A DNA stretch of 64,000 nt, taken from positions 416,001 through 480,000 of the forward strand of contig CAVSZB010000003.1 in assembly GCA_963732385.1 (NCBI GenBank). Direction: 5' to 3'. This document shows, piece after piece, positions 19,324-27,461 of the stretch. How positions within the stretch are numbered: position 1 is the first letter of the stretch; each line of letters opens with the position of its first letter. The position numbers were made by a program, and so were the translations under genes. Origin of the DNA: an uncultured bacterium. Its GTDB lineage: Bacteria > Krumholzibacteriota > Krumholzibacteriia > LZORAL124-64-63. The notes under the pieces were generated by a model. The model made no database searches. It saw nothing but the letters and a program-made list of their open reading frames with translations, and had not been told where the DNA came from.

Positions 19324-22300
19324 ATGGGAATCGGTTGCGGATTTAGACGTTTGCTGGCCGCGGTTTCGTGCGTTCTGATCGGTTCCGGAACCGCGGCGGC
19401 AACGGCGCCAACCTACGTCGAGAACTTCTCCACGACGGATTATCGGGACCCGGCCCAGACCACGGCGTTATGGAATACCGCTGCCGGTGAACTGCGGCTG
19501 CATCCTTTCCAGATGTCCCTGCTCGATGCCTTCGACACCGGCACCGCCATGGATCTGGCCGTCGCCGGTCAGAGAATCTACGTCGCCGATTACACCAACG
19601 GCCTCTGCGTCCTGGATCTTTCGTGGTCCGCGTCGCTCAATCAGATCGGCCGGTACGATACTCCCGGCAATCCCTACGGGGTATTCGTGGCCGGGGACGT
19701 GGCCTATGTGGCCGACTACGCAGCCGGCCTGATCGTGATCGATATCAGTAATCCCAGCGCACCCAGCCTCCTGGGCAGTTACAACACCGCGGGCTATGCC
19801 CAGGGCGTGGTCGTGGCCGGGAATTACGCCTTCGTGGCCGACGGCCCCGCGGGGGTGGCCGTGATAAACGTCAGCAACCCCGCGAGTCCGACCTACGCCG
19901 GCGGGCTGGACACTCCCAGTACCGCCGTCCACCTGGCGCTGTCGGGAAACCTTCTCTTCGTGGCCGACGGAACGTCAGGTGTCCAGGTCATGGATGTCAC
20001 GGTTCCCGGCTCGCCTTCCCTGGTCGGTTCCTACAACACACCCGGCACGGCGCGCGGGGTGGCGGCCGATGGCGACTGGCTCTACGTGGCCGACTACAAT
20101 AACGGTCTGGTCATCCTGGACATCGCCAATCCCGCCGTGCCGACCCTGCTCGGCACCCTCGACACATCGGGCTATGCCAACCGGGTGTTCGTGTCCGGGA
20201 ATATGGCCTACCTGGCCGATCACAACAGCGGACTGCTCGCGATCGACGTCACCGACCGGGCCCATCCCGTGCTGGTGGAAGCCTTCGATACCCCGGGCGC
20301 GGCCTATTCCCTGGTCCTGGCCGACGAGCGCGCCTTCGTGGCCGACGGCACCTCCGGCGTGCAGATCGTCGACGTCCAGGATCTGGGAACTCCCCTGATC
20401 ACGGGCGTGGGATCCTCCGCGCTCAGCTCAGCCGTTGGCGTTGCGGTCCATGGTGATTTTGCCTTCGTGGCTGATGGACCGGGCGGAATGTCCGTCTATG
20501 ACATCAGCGACCTGTCCTCGCCGCAATTCGTCGCGAACTATCCCGCCGTCGGCGGCGCGTCGGCGGTGGTCACGGACGGGAACCATGCCTTCCTCGCCTG
20601 CGGATCCGACGGGCTGCATGTTTTCGACATCACGATTCCGGCTTCGCCGGTCCGCGTGGGCGGGTACGACACGCCCGGCAGCACGCTCGATGTGGTGGTC
20701 GACGGAGACTACGTCTATCTGGCGGACGGCCTGAACGGGGTGGGCGTTCTGAATATCAGCAATCCCGCCAGCCCTGCCTATGTGGGATGGTACCAGACGA
20801 ACGGCCTCGCCAGCGGACTGGCCCTGGCCGGGGATCGTCTCTTCGTGGCCGACAGCGGGAACGGAATCTGCGCACTGGATATCAGCAATCCGGCCTCATT
20901 GACTCTTGTGGGGACCCGTGCGGAGGCCGCCCGCCGTCTGGCCATCCACGGGGATCTTCTCTTTGTCGCGACGGACAACAATTTCCTGAACATTTTCGAC
21001 ATCAACGATCCCGCAAACATTTACATCTGGAACCCCTATTACGGCGAGAACTACACGCAGATCCGGGATATCACGATCGAAGGGGACTACGCTTTCCTCA
21101 GCGACGCGTCCACCGGTCTCCATGTTCTGGATATTTCCGACCCCAGCCGCTCCCTGGTTCCCGTGGGGTGGTGTGATCTGCCGCACCCCGGGCGCGTCTT
21201 GATCCGCGGCGCCCACGCCTTCGTTCCGAACCGCGACCTGGGCCTGGCGGTCGCGGAGGTCTTCTTCCGGGATTTCGACCTGACGAGGAACCGGGCCCAG
21301 TCCCTGACGCTGAACCCGGAGGGGCTGGAGATCGTTCGCGGCCGGTTGCAGAGCGCCCAGACCGACAGCCTGACCTGGCAGTTGACGGCCGACGGGGGCG
21401 TCCACTGGGTGGATCTGGCCCCGGGCGAGACAGGGATCGCCTTCGCTTCTCCGGGATCGGATCTCCGCTGGAGCGCGGAACTCTTTCTCGATCAGCCCCA
21501 GGTCAGCCCCGCGGTTTCCCGGCTGCAGGTGGACTGGTTCTATGCGGTTCCCTTCATCGTCGCAGTCACCGACATCCCGAACGACCAGGGCCGGCAGGTC
21601 CGGGTGGAGTGGAGCCGCAGCGGTCACGATTTTCTGGGCGATCCGTCCCAGATCGTCGAGTACGCGGTCTACCGGAAGATCGCCGATCCGGCCAAGGCGA
21701 CCGGCCCGGATCTGCCCGCGGCGCTGAGCGACGTGGCGCGTGAGTCCGCGCTGGCCATGGCCGCCGCCGGCTGGGATTTCGTGGCCAGCGTGCCGGTCCG
21801 CGTGCAGGACAGCTACGCGGTCGTCGTGCCCACCCTGGGGGACTCGACCCTCACCGACGGCCAGTTCTTCAGCACCTTCCTGGTCAGCGCGCTGACCGCT
21901 ACCCCGGGCGTGTTCTTCGATTCCCCGCCAGACAGCGGCTACTCCCTGGACAACCTCGCGCCCTCGGTGCCGGGCGGCTTCCTGGTGGACTACGCGCTGG
22001 CGGGCAACAGTCTCTCGTGGCTGGAAATCCCCGACCTGGACTTCCGCTGCTTCCGCGTCTACCGCGGCACGACGACCGACTTCGTGCCCGGCCCCGACAA
22101 TCTGGTGCACCTGACGATCGGCACCGGCTGGGTCGACCCCGTGGCCGACCCGTGGCGCTATCGTTACCAGTTGAGCGCGGTGGATTTCGCGGGCAACGAA
22201 AGCCCCCTGGCCCTGCCCGCCGCGGTGACGGGGATCGACGACGGCGCCGCGCCCACGCCCTTCGCCCTGAGCGCGAACGCGCCCAACCCGTTCAACCCGT

Positions 22301-22533
22301 TGACGACGATCGCGTTCGTGCTGCCCCGCGCCGAGCGGGTCAGGCTGGGCATCTTCGATCTGACGGGGCGCGTCGTGCGTGTCCTCGTCGACGAAGTGCG
22401 GCCGGCCGGCAGCCATGAGGTCCAGTGGAACGGGACGGACCATCGCGGCCAGCCGATGGCCTCGGGGGTGTACGTCTGCCGGATGGAGGCGGGCCCGTTC
22501 CGCGAGACGAGGCGGATGACGCTGGTGAAGTGA
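19324..22533 (+). CDS. Secreted LVIVD-repeat beta-propeller protein with C-terminal FlgD-Ig/T9SS-like domain
   Basis: Signal peptide; about a dozen YVAD...GLVILDISNP..P..LG.YDTPG repeats; C-terminal NAPNPFNP...IFDLTGRVVR...WNGTD..G..MASGVY...RRMTLVK. Confidence 0.88.
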   Translation: MGIGCGFRRLLAAVSCVLIGSGTAAATAPTYVENFSTTDYRDPAQTTALWNTAAGELRLHPFQMSLLDAFDTGTAMDLAVAGQRIYVADYTNGLCVLDLSWSASLNQIGRYDTPGNPYGVFVAGDVAYVADYAAGLIVIDISNPSAPSLLGSYNTAGYAQGVVVAGNYAFVADGPAGVAVINVSNPASPTYAGGLDTPSTAVHLALSGNLLFVADGTSGVQVMDVTVPGSPSLVGSYNTPGTARGVAADGDWLYVADYNNGLVILDIANPAVPTLLGTLDTSGYANRVFVSGNMAYLADHNSGLLAIDVTDRAHPVLVEAFDTPGAAYSLVLADERAFVADGTSGVQIVDVQDLGTPLITGVGSSALSSAVGVAVHGDFAFVADGPGGMSVYDISDLSSPQFVANYPAVGGASAVVTDGNHAFLACGSDGLHVFDITIPASPVRVGGYDTPGSTLDVVVDGDYVYLADGLNGVGVLNISNPASPAYVGWYQTNGLASGLALAGDRLFVADSGNGICALDISNPASLTLVGTRAEAARRLAIHGDLLFVATDNNFLNIFDINDPANIYIWNPYYGENYTQIRDITIEGDYAFLSDASTGLHVLDISDPSRSLVPVGWCDLPHPGRVLIRGAHAFVPNRDLGLAVAEVFFRDFDLTRNRAQSLTLNPEGLEIVRGRLQSAQTDSLTWQLTADGGVHWVDLAPGETGIAFASPGSDLRWSAELFLDQPQVSPAVSRLQVDWFYAVPFIVAVTDIPNDQGRQVRVEWSRSGHDFLGDPSQIVEYAVYRKIADPAKATGPDLPAALSDVARESALAMAAAGWDFVASVPVRVQDSYAVVVPTLGDSTLTDGQFFSTFLVSALTATPGVFFDSPPDSGYSLDNLAPSVPGGFLVDYALAGNSLSWLEIPDLDFRCFRVYRGTTTDFVPGPDNLVHLTIGTGWVDPVADPWRYRYQLSAVDFAGNESPLALPAAVTGIDDGAAPTPFALSANAPNPFNPLTTIAFVLPRAERVRLGIFDLTGRVVRVLVDEVRPAGSHEVQWNGTDHRGQPMASGVYVCRMEAGPFRETRRMTLVK

Positions 22534-22724
22534 CTCTATATCCGCGGCTGTTTCGGCAGCAGGAGCGGGCGGCCGGAGCGAAGTCCGGCGGGGGAATGCG
22601 GGGCTGCCACATCCGCGCTTCCCCCGGAGCCGGCGCCGGGGCGAGCGGCACTTTTCTTGACACCCCCCCCGTCACCCCTTTCTTTGTCCCCCCTCCGGTC
22701 CCATACTGTCCGCGAGGAGTTGTC

Positions 22725-23189
22725 TTGCTCTGGACCTTGCCGACCAGCTATTGGCCCACTTCGGGCGCGGCCGAGGGGATCACGCCGCTGAACGCGTTCG
22801 ACAACGCGCTTCTGCGGGCTGGCATCGGCAACCTGAACCTGGTTAAACTGAGCAGTGTGCTGCCGGCGGGGGCCGTCCGGCTGGCGGAGGCGCCGGCCAT
22901 CGCGGCCGGCTCGCTGGTGCCGACCGTCTACACGACGAAGACCGGGACGAAGCCGGGAGAGGTCGTGGCGGCGGCGGTCGGGATCGGGCGCCAGCGCGAG
23001 GGTCACGGCATGATCTACGAGTGCACGGGCACTTCGCGGGCGGCCGTGGAGAGCCAGGTGCGCCGCATGGTGGAAGAGAGCTTCGCGCAGCGGGGGTACG
23101 AGCTGCACGACTTCCTCGTGGCCTCGGCAGAGCACCGGGTCGAGAGCGTCGGCTGCGCTCTGGCCGCGGTCGTTCTGTGGTGGGGGTGA
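22725..23189 (+). CDS. pdaD: Pyruvoyl-dependent arginine decarboxylase
   Basis: EGITPLNAFDNALLRAGIGNLNLVKLSSVLP with the Ser-Ser self-cleavage site; TTG start after GAGGAG. Confidence 0.9.
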   Translation: MLWTLPTSYWPTSGAAEGITPLNAFDNALLRAGIGNLNLVKLSSVLPAGAVRLAEAPAIAAGSLVPTVYTTKTGTKPGEVVAAAVGIGRQREGHGMIYECTGTSRAAVESQVRRMVEESFAQRGYELHDFLVASAEHRVESVGCALAAVVLWWG

Positions 23190-23192
23190 GAA

Positions 23193-23624
23193 TTGGAAAG
23201 CATAGGCCGTCATCTCATTCTGGAGCTGTGGGGTTGTGACTTCGGCCTCCTCAACTCCGTGCCCGGCATCGAAAATGCCATGCGCGAAACCATCGACGCG
23301 AGCGGCTCGCGCTGCATCGACCTGAAGGTGGTTCCGTTCACGCCGCAGGGCATCACGGGCATCGCTGTCCTGGCCGAGTCCCACCTGGTCATCCACACGT
23401 GGCCGGAGCGCGGCTATGCCGGCGCCGAGCTGTTCGTATGCAGTTCGCTCGTCGACCTCGACAAGGCCACCGAGGTGCTGCAGCGCCACTTCCAGCCGGC
23501 GCACATCGGGGTCATGCAGCTCAACCGCGGCGTGATGCCGATCGGCGGCCCGGCCGCCCTGCAAGGAGTCGCCGCATGCGCGAGTTCGCCGAGCCCTTCC
23601 GACACGGCTGGCGGCAAGCGGTAG
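23193..23624 (+). CDS. speD: S-adenosylmethionine decarboxylase proenzyme (class 1B, SpeD/SpeH)
   Basis: GRHLILELWGC, FTPQGITG...LAESHLVIHTWPE. Confidence 0.9.
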   Translation: MESIGRHLILELWGCDFGLLNSVPGIENAMRETIDASGSRCIDLKVVPFTPQGITGIAVLAESHLVIHTWPERGYAGAELFVCSSLVDLDKATEVLQRHFQPAHIGVMQLNRGVMPIGGPAALQGVAACASSPSPSDTAGGKR

Positions 23625-24466
23625 AGGTCCGGGCGACCCTCGTCGACATCCAGAGCCCCTTCCAGCGGATCCAGGTCGTGGACACGGTTCCGTTCGGCCG
23701 GATGCTGGTGCTCGACGACGCCGCGCAGACCGCCGAGACCGAAGAGTACGTGTACCACGAGATGCTGGTGCACGTGCCGATGCTGGCCCATCCCGACCCG
23801 CGCCGTGTCCTGATCATCGGCGGCGGCGATGGCGGCGCGTTGCGGCGCGTGCTTGCGCATCCGGTGACGCTGGCGCGCCAGGTCGAGATCGACGGCGAAG
23901 TGGTCCGGGTGAGCCGCGAGCTGCTGCCCTCCATTTCGGCCGGCGCCTACGACGACCCGCGCGCCGACGCGGTGATCGGCGACGGCGTGGCCCACCTGCG
24001 CGACACTGCCGAGCGCTACGACGTCCTGCTCATCGACAGCACCGATCCGGTCGGTCCGGCCGTGGAACTGTTCGGCGATGCGTTCTATCGCGAGGCGCGG
24101 CGGGCGCTCGGCGGCACGGGGCTGCTGGTCACGCAGAGCGGCTCGCCGCTGGTCATGCTGGACGAATTGAAGGCGGCGCGCGCACTGCTGGCGCGCCACT
24201 TCCCGATCGTGCGGACCTACGTGTGCAGCATTCCGGCCTATCCGGGCGTGCTGTGGAGCTTCACCGCCGCGTCGGAAGCGATCGATCCCGCACGGATCGA
24301 CCAGGCTGCCGCGCGGAGTCGGCTGCGCGCGCTCGGCGCGCCCACCGGCTACTACACGCCCGCGGTGCACGCGGCGGCGTTCGCGTTGCCCAACTTCCTG
24401 CGCGCAGCCCTGGAGATGGACGATGACGGTGATCCTCCCGCCCTCCCCCCGCCCGTTTCTGGCTAG
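23576..24466 (+). CDS. speE: Polyamine aminopropyltransferase (spermidine synthase)
   Basis: SPFQRI, YHEMLVH, VLIIGGGDGG, VEID, DSTDPVGPA. Confidence 0.92.
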   Translation: MREFAEPFRHGWRQAVEVRATLVDIQSPFQRIQVVDTVPFGRMLVLDDAAQTAETEEYVYHEMLVHVPMLAHPDPRRVLIIGGGDGGALRRVLAHPVTLARQVEIDGEVVRVSRELLPSISAGAYDDPRADAVIGDGVAHLRDTAERYDVLLIDSTDPVGPAVELFGDAFYREARRALGGTGLLVTQSGSPLVMLDELKAARALLARHFPIVRTYVCSIPAYPGVLWSFTAASEAIDPARIDQAAARSRLRALGAPTGYYTPAVHAAAFALPNFLRAALEMDDDGDPPALPPPVSG

Positions 24467-25277
24467 CCGTCCCGGCGGGCGGGGACGGGTGACGCTGCTG
24501 GGCGCGCCGCTCGACCGCACCGGCTCGTTCCGGCCCGGCGCTGCGGGGGGTCCGGCCGGCATCCGCTGGGCGTCGGACAACCTCGAAACGTACAGCCCCG
24601 ACCTCGATCGCGACCTGACGGAGCTCGACTTTGCCGATGCCGGCGATCTCGATCTCGGCGCGCTCGACCAGCCGGCGGCACTGGCGGCGATCGCCGCGGC
24701 GACCGGCGAGCTGCTCGCCGGCGGTGCCCTCCCGGTGGTGCTGGGGGGCGAACACACGGTGGCGCTCGGCGTGGCGCGCGCGGTGCTGCGGCGGCACCCG
24801 GACGCGATGGTCGTCCACCTCGACGCGCACGCCGACCTGCGCGACGACTACCTCGGCGAGCGGCTGTCGCACGCGACCTGGGCCTGCCGACTGGGCGAGG
24901 AATTCGGTTTCGACCGTCTGCTGCAGTTCGGTATCCGCTCGGGTTTGCGGGAGGAGTTCGCGCGGGCGCGGGAGAGTTGCGGGCACTTCGACCGCGAGGT
25001 CGTCCTGACCGAGGCGGCGCGCGGGCTGTTGGCGGATCGGCCGGTCCACCTGACGCTCGACGTGGACGTGCTCGACCCCGCCTTCCTCGCGGGGACCGGC
25101 ACGCCCGAGGCGGGGGGATGCACCTGGCGTGAACTGACGGCGTTTTTGGCCGCTTTGGGCGGGACGCGGATCGTGGCGATCGACATTTGCGAACTGGCGC
25201 CCGCGCTCGATCCCAGCGGCGCCAGCAGCGCCGTCGCGGCGAAGCTCGTTCGCGAACTGGCGCTGCGGTTCGGCTGA
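24423..25277 (+). CDS. speB: Agmatinase / ureohydrolase
   Basis: SFRPGA..GP, GGEHT, DAHADLRD, SHAT, DVDVLDP, GTGTPEAGG. Confidence 0.92.
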   Translation: MTVILPPSPRPFLASRPGGRGRVTLLGAPLDRTGSFRPGAAGGPAGIRWASDNLETYSPDLDRDLTELDFADAGDLDLGALDQPAALAAIAAATGELLAGGALPVVLGGEHTVALGVARAVLRRHPDAMVVHLDAHADLRDDYLGERLSHATWACRLGEEFGFDRLLQFGIRSGLREEFARARESCGHFDREVVLTEAARGLLADRPVHLTLDVDVLDPAFLAGTGTPEAGGCTWRELTAFLAALGGTRIVAIDICELAPALDPSGASSAVAAKLVRELALRFG

Positions 25278-25301
25278 GCGGCGCGCCCGCGGCCCGCCGC
25301 G

Positions 25302-25664
25302 CTACTTTTTCGCCACGAGCAGGTCAGGCATCTGGCCCGGCGTGGTTTTGACGCCCGGTTCGGCGGTCTTGCGCGTGATCTCGGCGTTGGCGGTCTTGTC
25401 GGCCCGCTCGGTCACCGCCGGGCCGTGCGGTTTGTCCTGGTTGCTCAGGCTCTCTTCGAGCAGGGCCTGACCCGCCGCCGAGATCTCAAGGGAATCGTTG
25501 CCCCGGGCGAGCCGCATTTCCGCTGTTTTCTGATATTTCTGTACATAGCCTTCCTGCTGGCGGGCCGCGAGCGGGTTCGAGGGCCCGGCCTGTTTCTTCT
25601 CTTCCGGGGCGGCGGGGCTGGACGGGGGTCGGGCCAGAGGGGTCAGTGCGGCATCGATCTTCAT
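25302..25664 (-). CDS. Hypothetical low-complexity protein with flagellar-regulon-like features
   Basis: 120 aa: MKIDA... DSLEISAAGQAL ... PGQMPDLLV; RBS GGAGG and a sigma28-like promoter upstream. Confidence 0.6.
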   Translation of the reverse strand: MKIDAALTPLARPPSSPAAPEEKKQAGPSNPLAARQQEGYVQKYQKTAEMRLARGNDSLEISAAGQALLEESLSNQDKPHGPAVTERADKTANAEITRKTAEPGVKTTPGQMPDLLVAKK

Positions 25665-25724
25665 GATGTCTGCCTCCCTGCTGCCCGGGTCAGCCCCGGG
25701 CAAGTTTTCCGGTATGCCCCCTAT

Positions 25725-25753
25725 TTATCGGCAGGGTAAGCCAAAACCTTTAG
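25725..25753 (-). promoter_or_regulatory. Sigma28 (FliA/SigD)-type promoter
   Basis: Minus strand reads CTAAA-N16-GCCGATAA (consensus TAAA-N15-GCCGATAA), about 60 nt upstream of the ATG at 25664. Confidence 0.65.
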
Positions 25754-25762
25754 CGCCATAAA

Positions 25763-26371
25763 TCACTTAAAACACCCCAAAGGCAAATCAAGTAGCCTGA
25801 GGTCAAAATTCCACGGGTCATCCTTACGACCCGGAGAGATCCGTGCGTGGGTGACAACGTAGCGAAGCGGGTAAAGACGGCCCATCCGCGCCAGCAGGGC
25901 GTTCAGGCCGGCATATTGCGCCGGCGTCAGGCTGTCGGTCCTGGTGGTCATCATTTCGATGCCGAGGGAGAACCCGTTGACCCCGGTGCGCCCGTCGGAC
26001 ATCCGGCTGCGGCCGGCGTGCCAGGCGACGTCGCGGTCACGCACCGTCCGCCAGACCGTGCCGGCGCGATCGATGACGTAATGCGGGGCCACCCCGTACT
26101 GGCGGTACTCCGCGAGCAGGCCGTCGAGGTCGTACGGATCGGGACCGAGCGCGTCGTAGGACGAATGGATGACCACGGTGTCGATCGCGCGCGGTGCGGC
26201 GTGCGGCGCGTGGCCGAAGTCGACCAGGCGGTCGTGGATGACAAGAGAGTCGGGGGGGGCGGTGGCGGCGTCCGGCGGCGCCGGGGCGGCGGGCACGAGT
26301 GTCGCCAACAAACCGAGGGCCGCGACGGCCAGCCCGAAGATCGCGCGGAGAGACCGGGGGCAGGATGGCAT
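25763..26371 (-). CDS. N-acetylmuramoyl-L-alanine amidase (Amidase_2/AmpD-like), exported
   Basis: Signal peptide; VVIHS, APHYVIDRAG, AWHAGRS, NGFSLGIE, VTHARISPGRKDDP. Confidence 0.88.
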   Translation of the reverse strand: MPSCPRSLRAIFGLAVAALGLLATLVPAAPAPPDAATAPPDSLVIHDRLVDFGHAPHAAPRAIDTVVIHSSYDALGPDPYDLDGLLAEYRQYGVAPHYVIDRAGTVWRTVRDRDVAWHAGRSRMSDGRTGVNGFSLGIEMMTTRTDSLTPAQYAGLNALLARMGRLYPLRYVVTHARISPGRKDDPWNFDLRLLDLPLGCFK

Positions 26372-26448
26372 GACCGACTCTCCCTGTCCGAGCCCCTTGT
26401 TCACGTGGCGAAAGACGCGGACCAGGTTCCGCCGGCGGGCGATCTGCG

Positions 26449-27216
26449 TCACCCCGGATCGTCCTCCCCCAATAACCCCGCAATCCGCGTCCTGATCTTC
26501 TCCACGTGCGTTCCTGGCCAGTACAGGTGGTCGCAGTCGGAGCAGAGGAAGTAATTGTCGCACCAGGAGCGGGTGCGCAGGGGGACGCGTACGGCGATAG
26601 CGGACTTCGGCACCGGGCGCAGTTCGCCGTTGCAGAGGTTGCAGCGGGAGAAGGGGCGCCCGCGCCCGATCAGGTCGAAGCGCTCGATCACCTCGCACGC
26701 CTGCGCATCGACCGCGCGGGAGCGCACCAGGCGGCCGACCTCGATCGCGCGGCGCTTGAGCAGGGCGCGGCTGCAGGTCAGGACGGCGCGGTGGTCGCGT
26801 GTGGCGTTGCGCGCGATCTCCGTCTCGCCCCAGTCGTTGCTGTAGAGGGTATCAAAGCCGAGCAGCCGCAGCAGGCGCGCGAGGCGGCCGAGGTGCTGGT
26901 CGCAGACGAAACGATCGCGGGCGAGAGGCCGCTGTTGCAGGCGGGCCTCGGGCCAGGGTGGCGCAACGGCCGGTGCGCGGCCGGAGCGCGGGACGGGATG
27001 CACCTCGAAACGGTCGGCATCGCGCACACGGTGGCCGAAACCGACCGGCAGACCGCCGAGCAGCAGGAGGTCGATCTCGGTATGGGGGATGCCGAGATTC
27101 TCGATCGCGTCCTTCACCGTGGTCGGTTCCGGCAGGCCCACCACATGGTGACGCAGGCCGGGCGCGCCGGTCAGCGAGGCCAGATCGCCATGGAGGCAAA
27201 AGGAGATCGCGAGCAT
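26449..27216 (-). CDS. Mut7-C RNase domain protein with N-terminal ubiquitin-like domain
   Basis: TVKDAIENLGIPHTEIDLLL; FVCDQHLGRLARLLRLLGFDT; Zn ribbon RCNLCNG...CSDCDHLYWPGTH. Confidence 0.9.
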   Translation of the reverse strand: MLAISFCLHGDLASLTGAPGLRHHVVGLPEPTTVKDAIENLGIPHTEIDLLLLGGLPVGFGHRVRDADRFEVHPVPRSGRAPAVAPPWPEARLQQRPLARDRFVCDQHLGRLARLLRLLGFDTLYSNDWGETEIARNATRDHRAVLTCSRALLKRRAIEVGRLVRSRAVDAQACEVIERFDLIGRGRPFSRCNLCNGELRPVPKSAIAVRVPLRTRSWCDNYFLCSDCDHLYWPGTHVEKIRTRIAGLLGEDDPG

Positions 27217-27329
27217 GGCGGTCTCCGTGGTTGGCGTTCAACCGCACGTTTGCAAGCCGGCGATGGGGGCCGTCCAGCCGACCGGGCCAGCATACCGCCA
27301 ATCTCCCCCGGCCACAATGGCGGTGTGGG

Positions 27330-27359
27330 TTGACAGACCGGACCCGGGAAGGCTACTTT
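27330..27359 (+). promoter_or_regulatory. Sigma70-type promoter for the TonB/PorV cassette
   Basis: TTGACA-N18-TACTTT, about 100 nt upstream of the GTG at 27462. Confidence 0.5.
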
Positions 27360-27461
27360 CCCACACCACGCGTGCCGCAAAGTCCGCGTGGCCGGTCGTG
27401 TCCCAGGCTCCCCGACCGCCTCGCGCGCCCCCCGGTCGCCGGCATCCCTGTGGAGGGCCAG

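Noticed and set aside
19500..21250. Periodic DNA similarity suggesting a CRISPR or repeat array
   Set aside because: Degenerate in-frame LVIVD protein repeats; no identical repeats with unique spacers and no cas genes
22425..22724. N-terminal extensions given by the ORF track (also rnfG from 2738, speE from 23399, 26799-27461, add from 39002)
   Set aside because: They overlap neighbouring genes or promoters; downstream starts with RBS or stop/start coupling fit the family lengths better
25302..25664. Calling this ORF flgM
   Set aside because: It lacks the C-terminal sigma-binding motif (R.EKV..LK..I..G.Y) of FlgM
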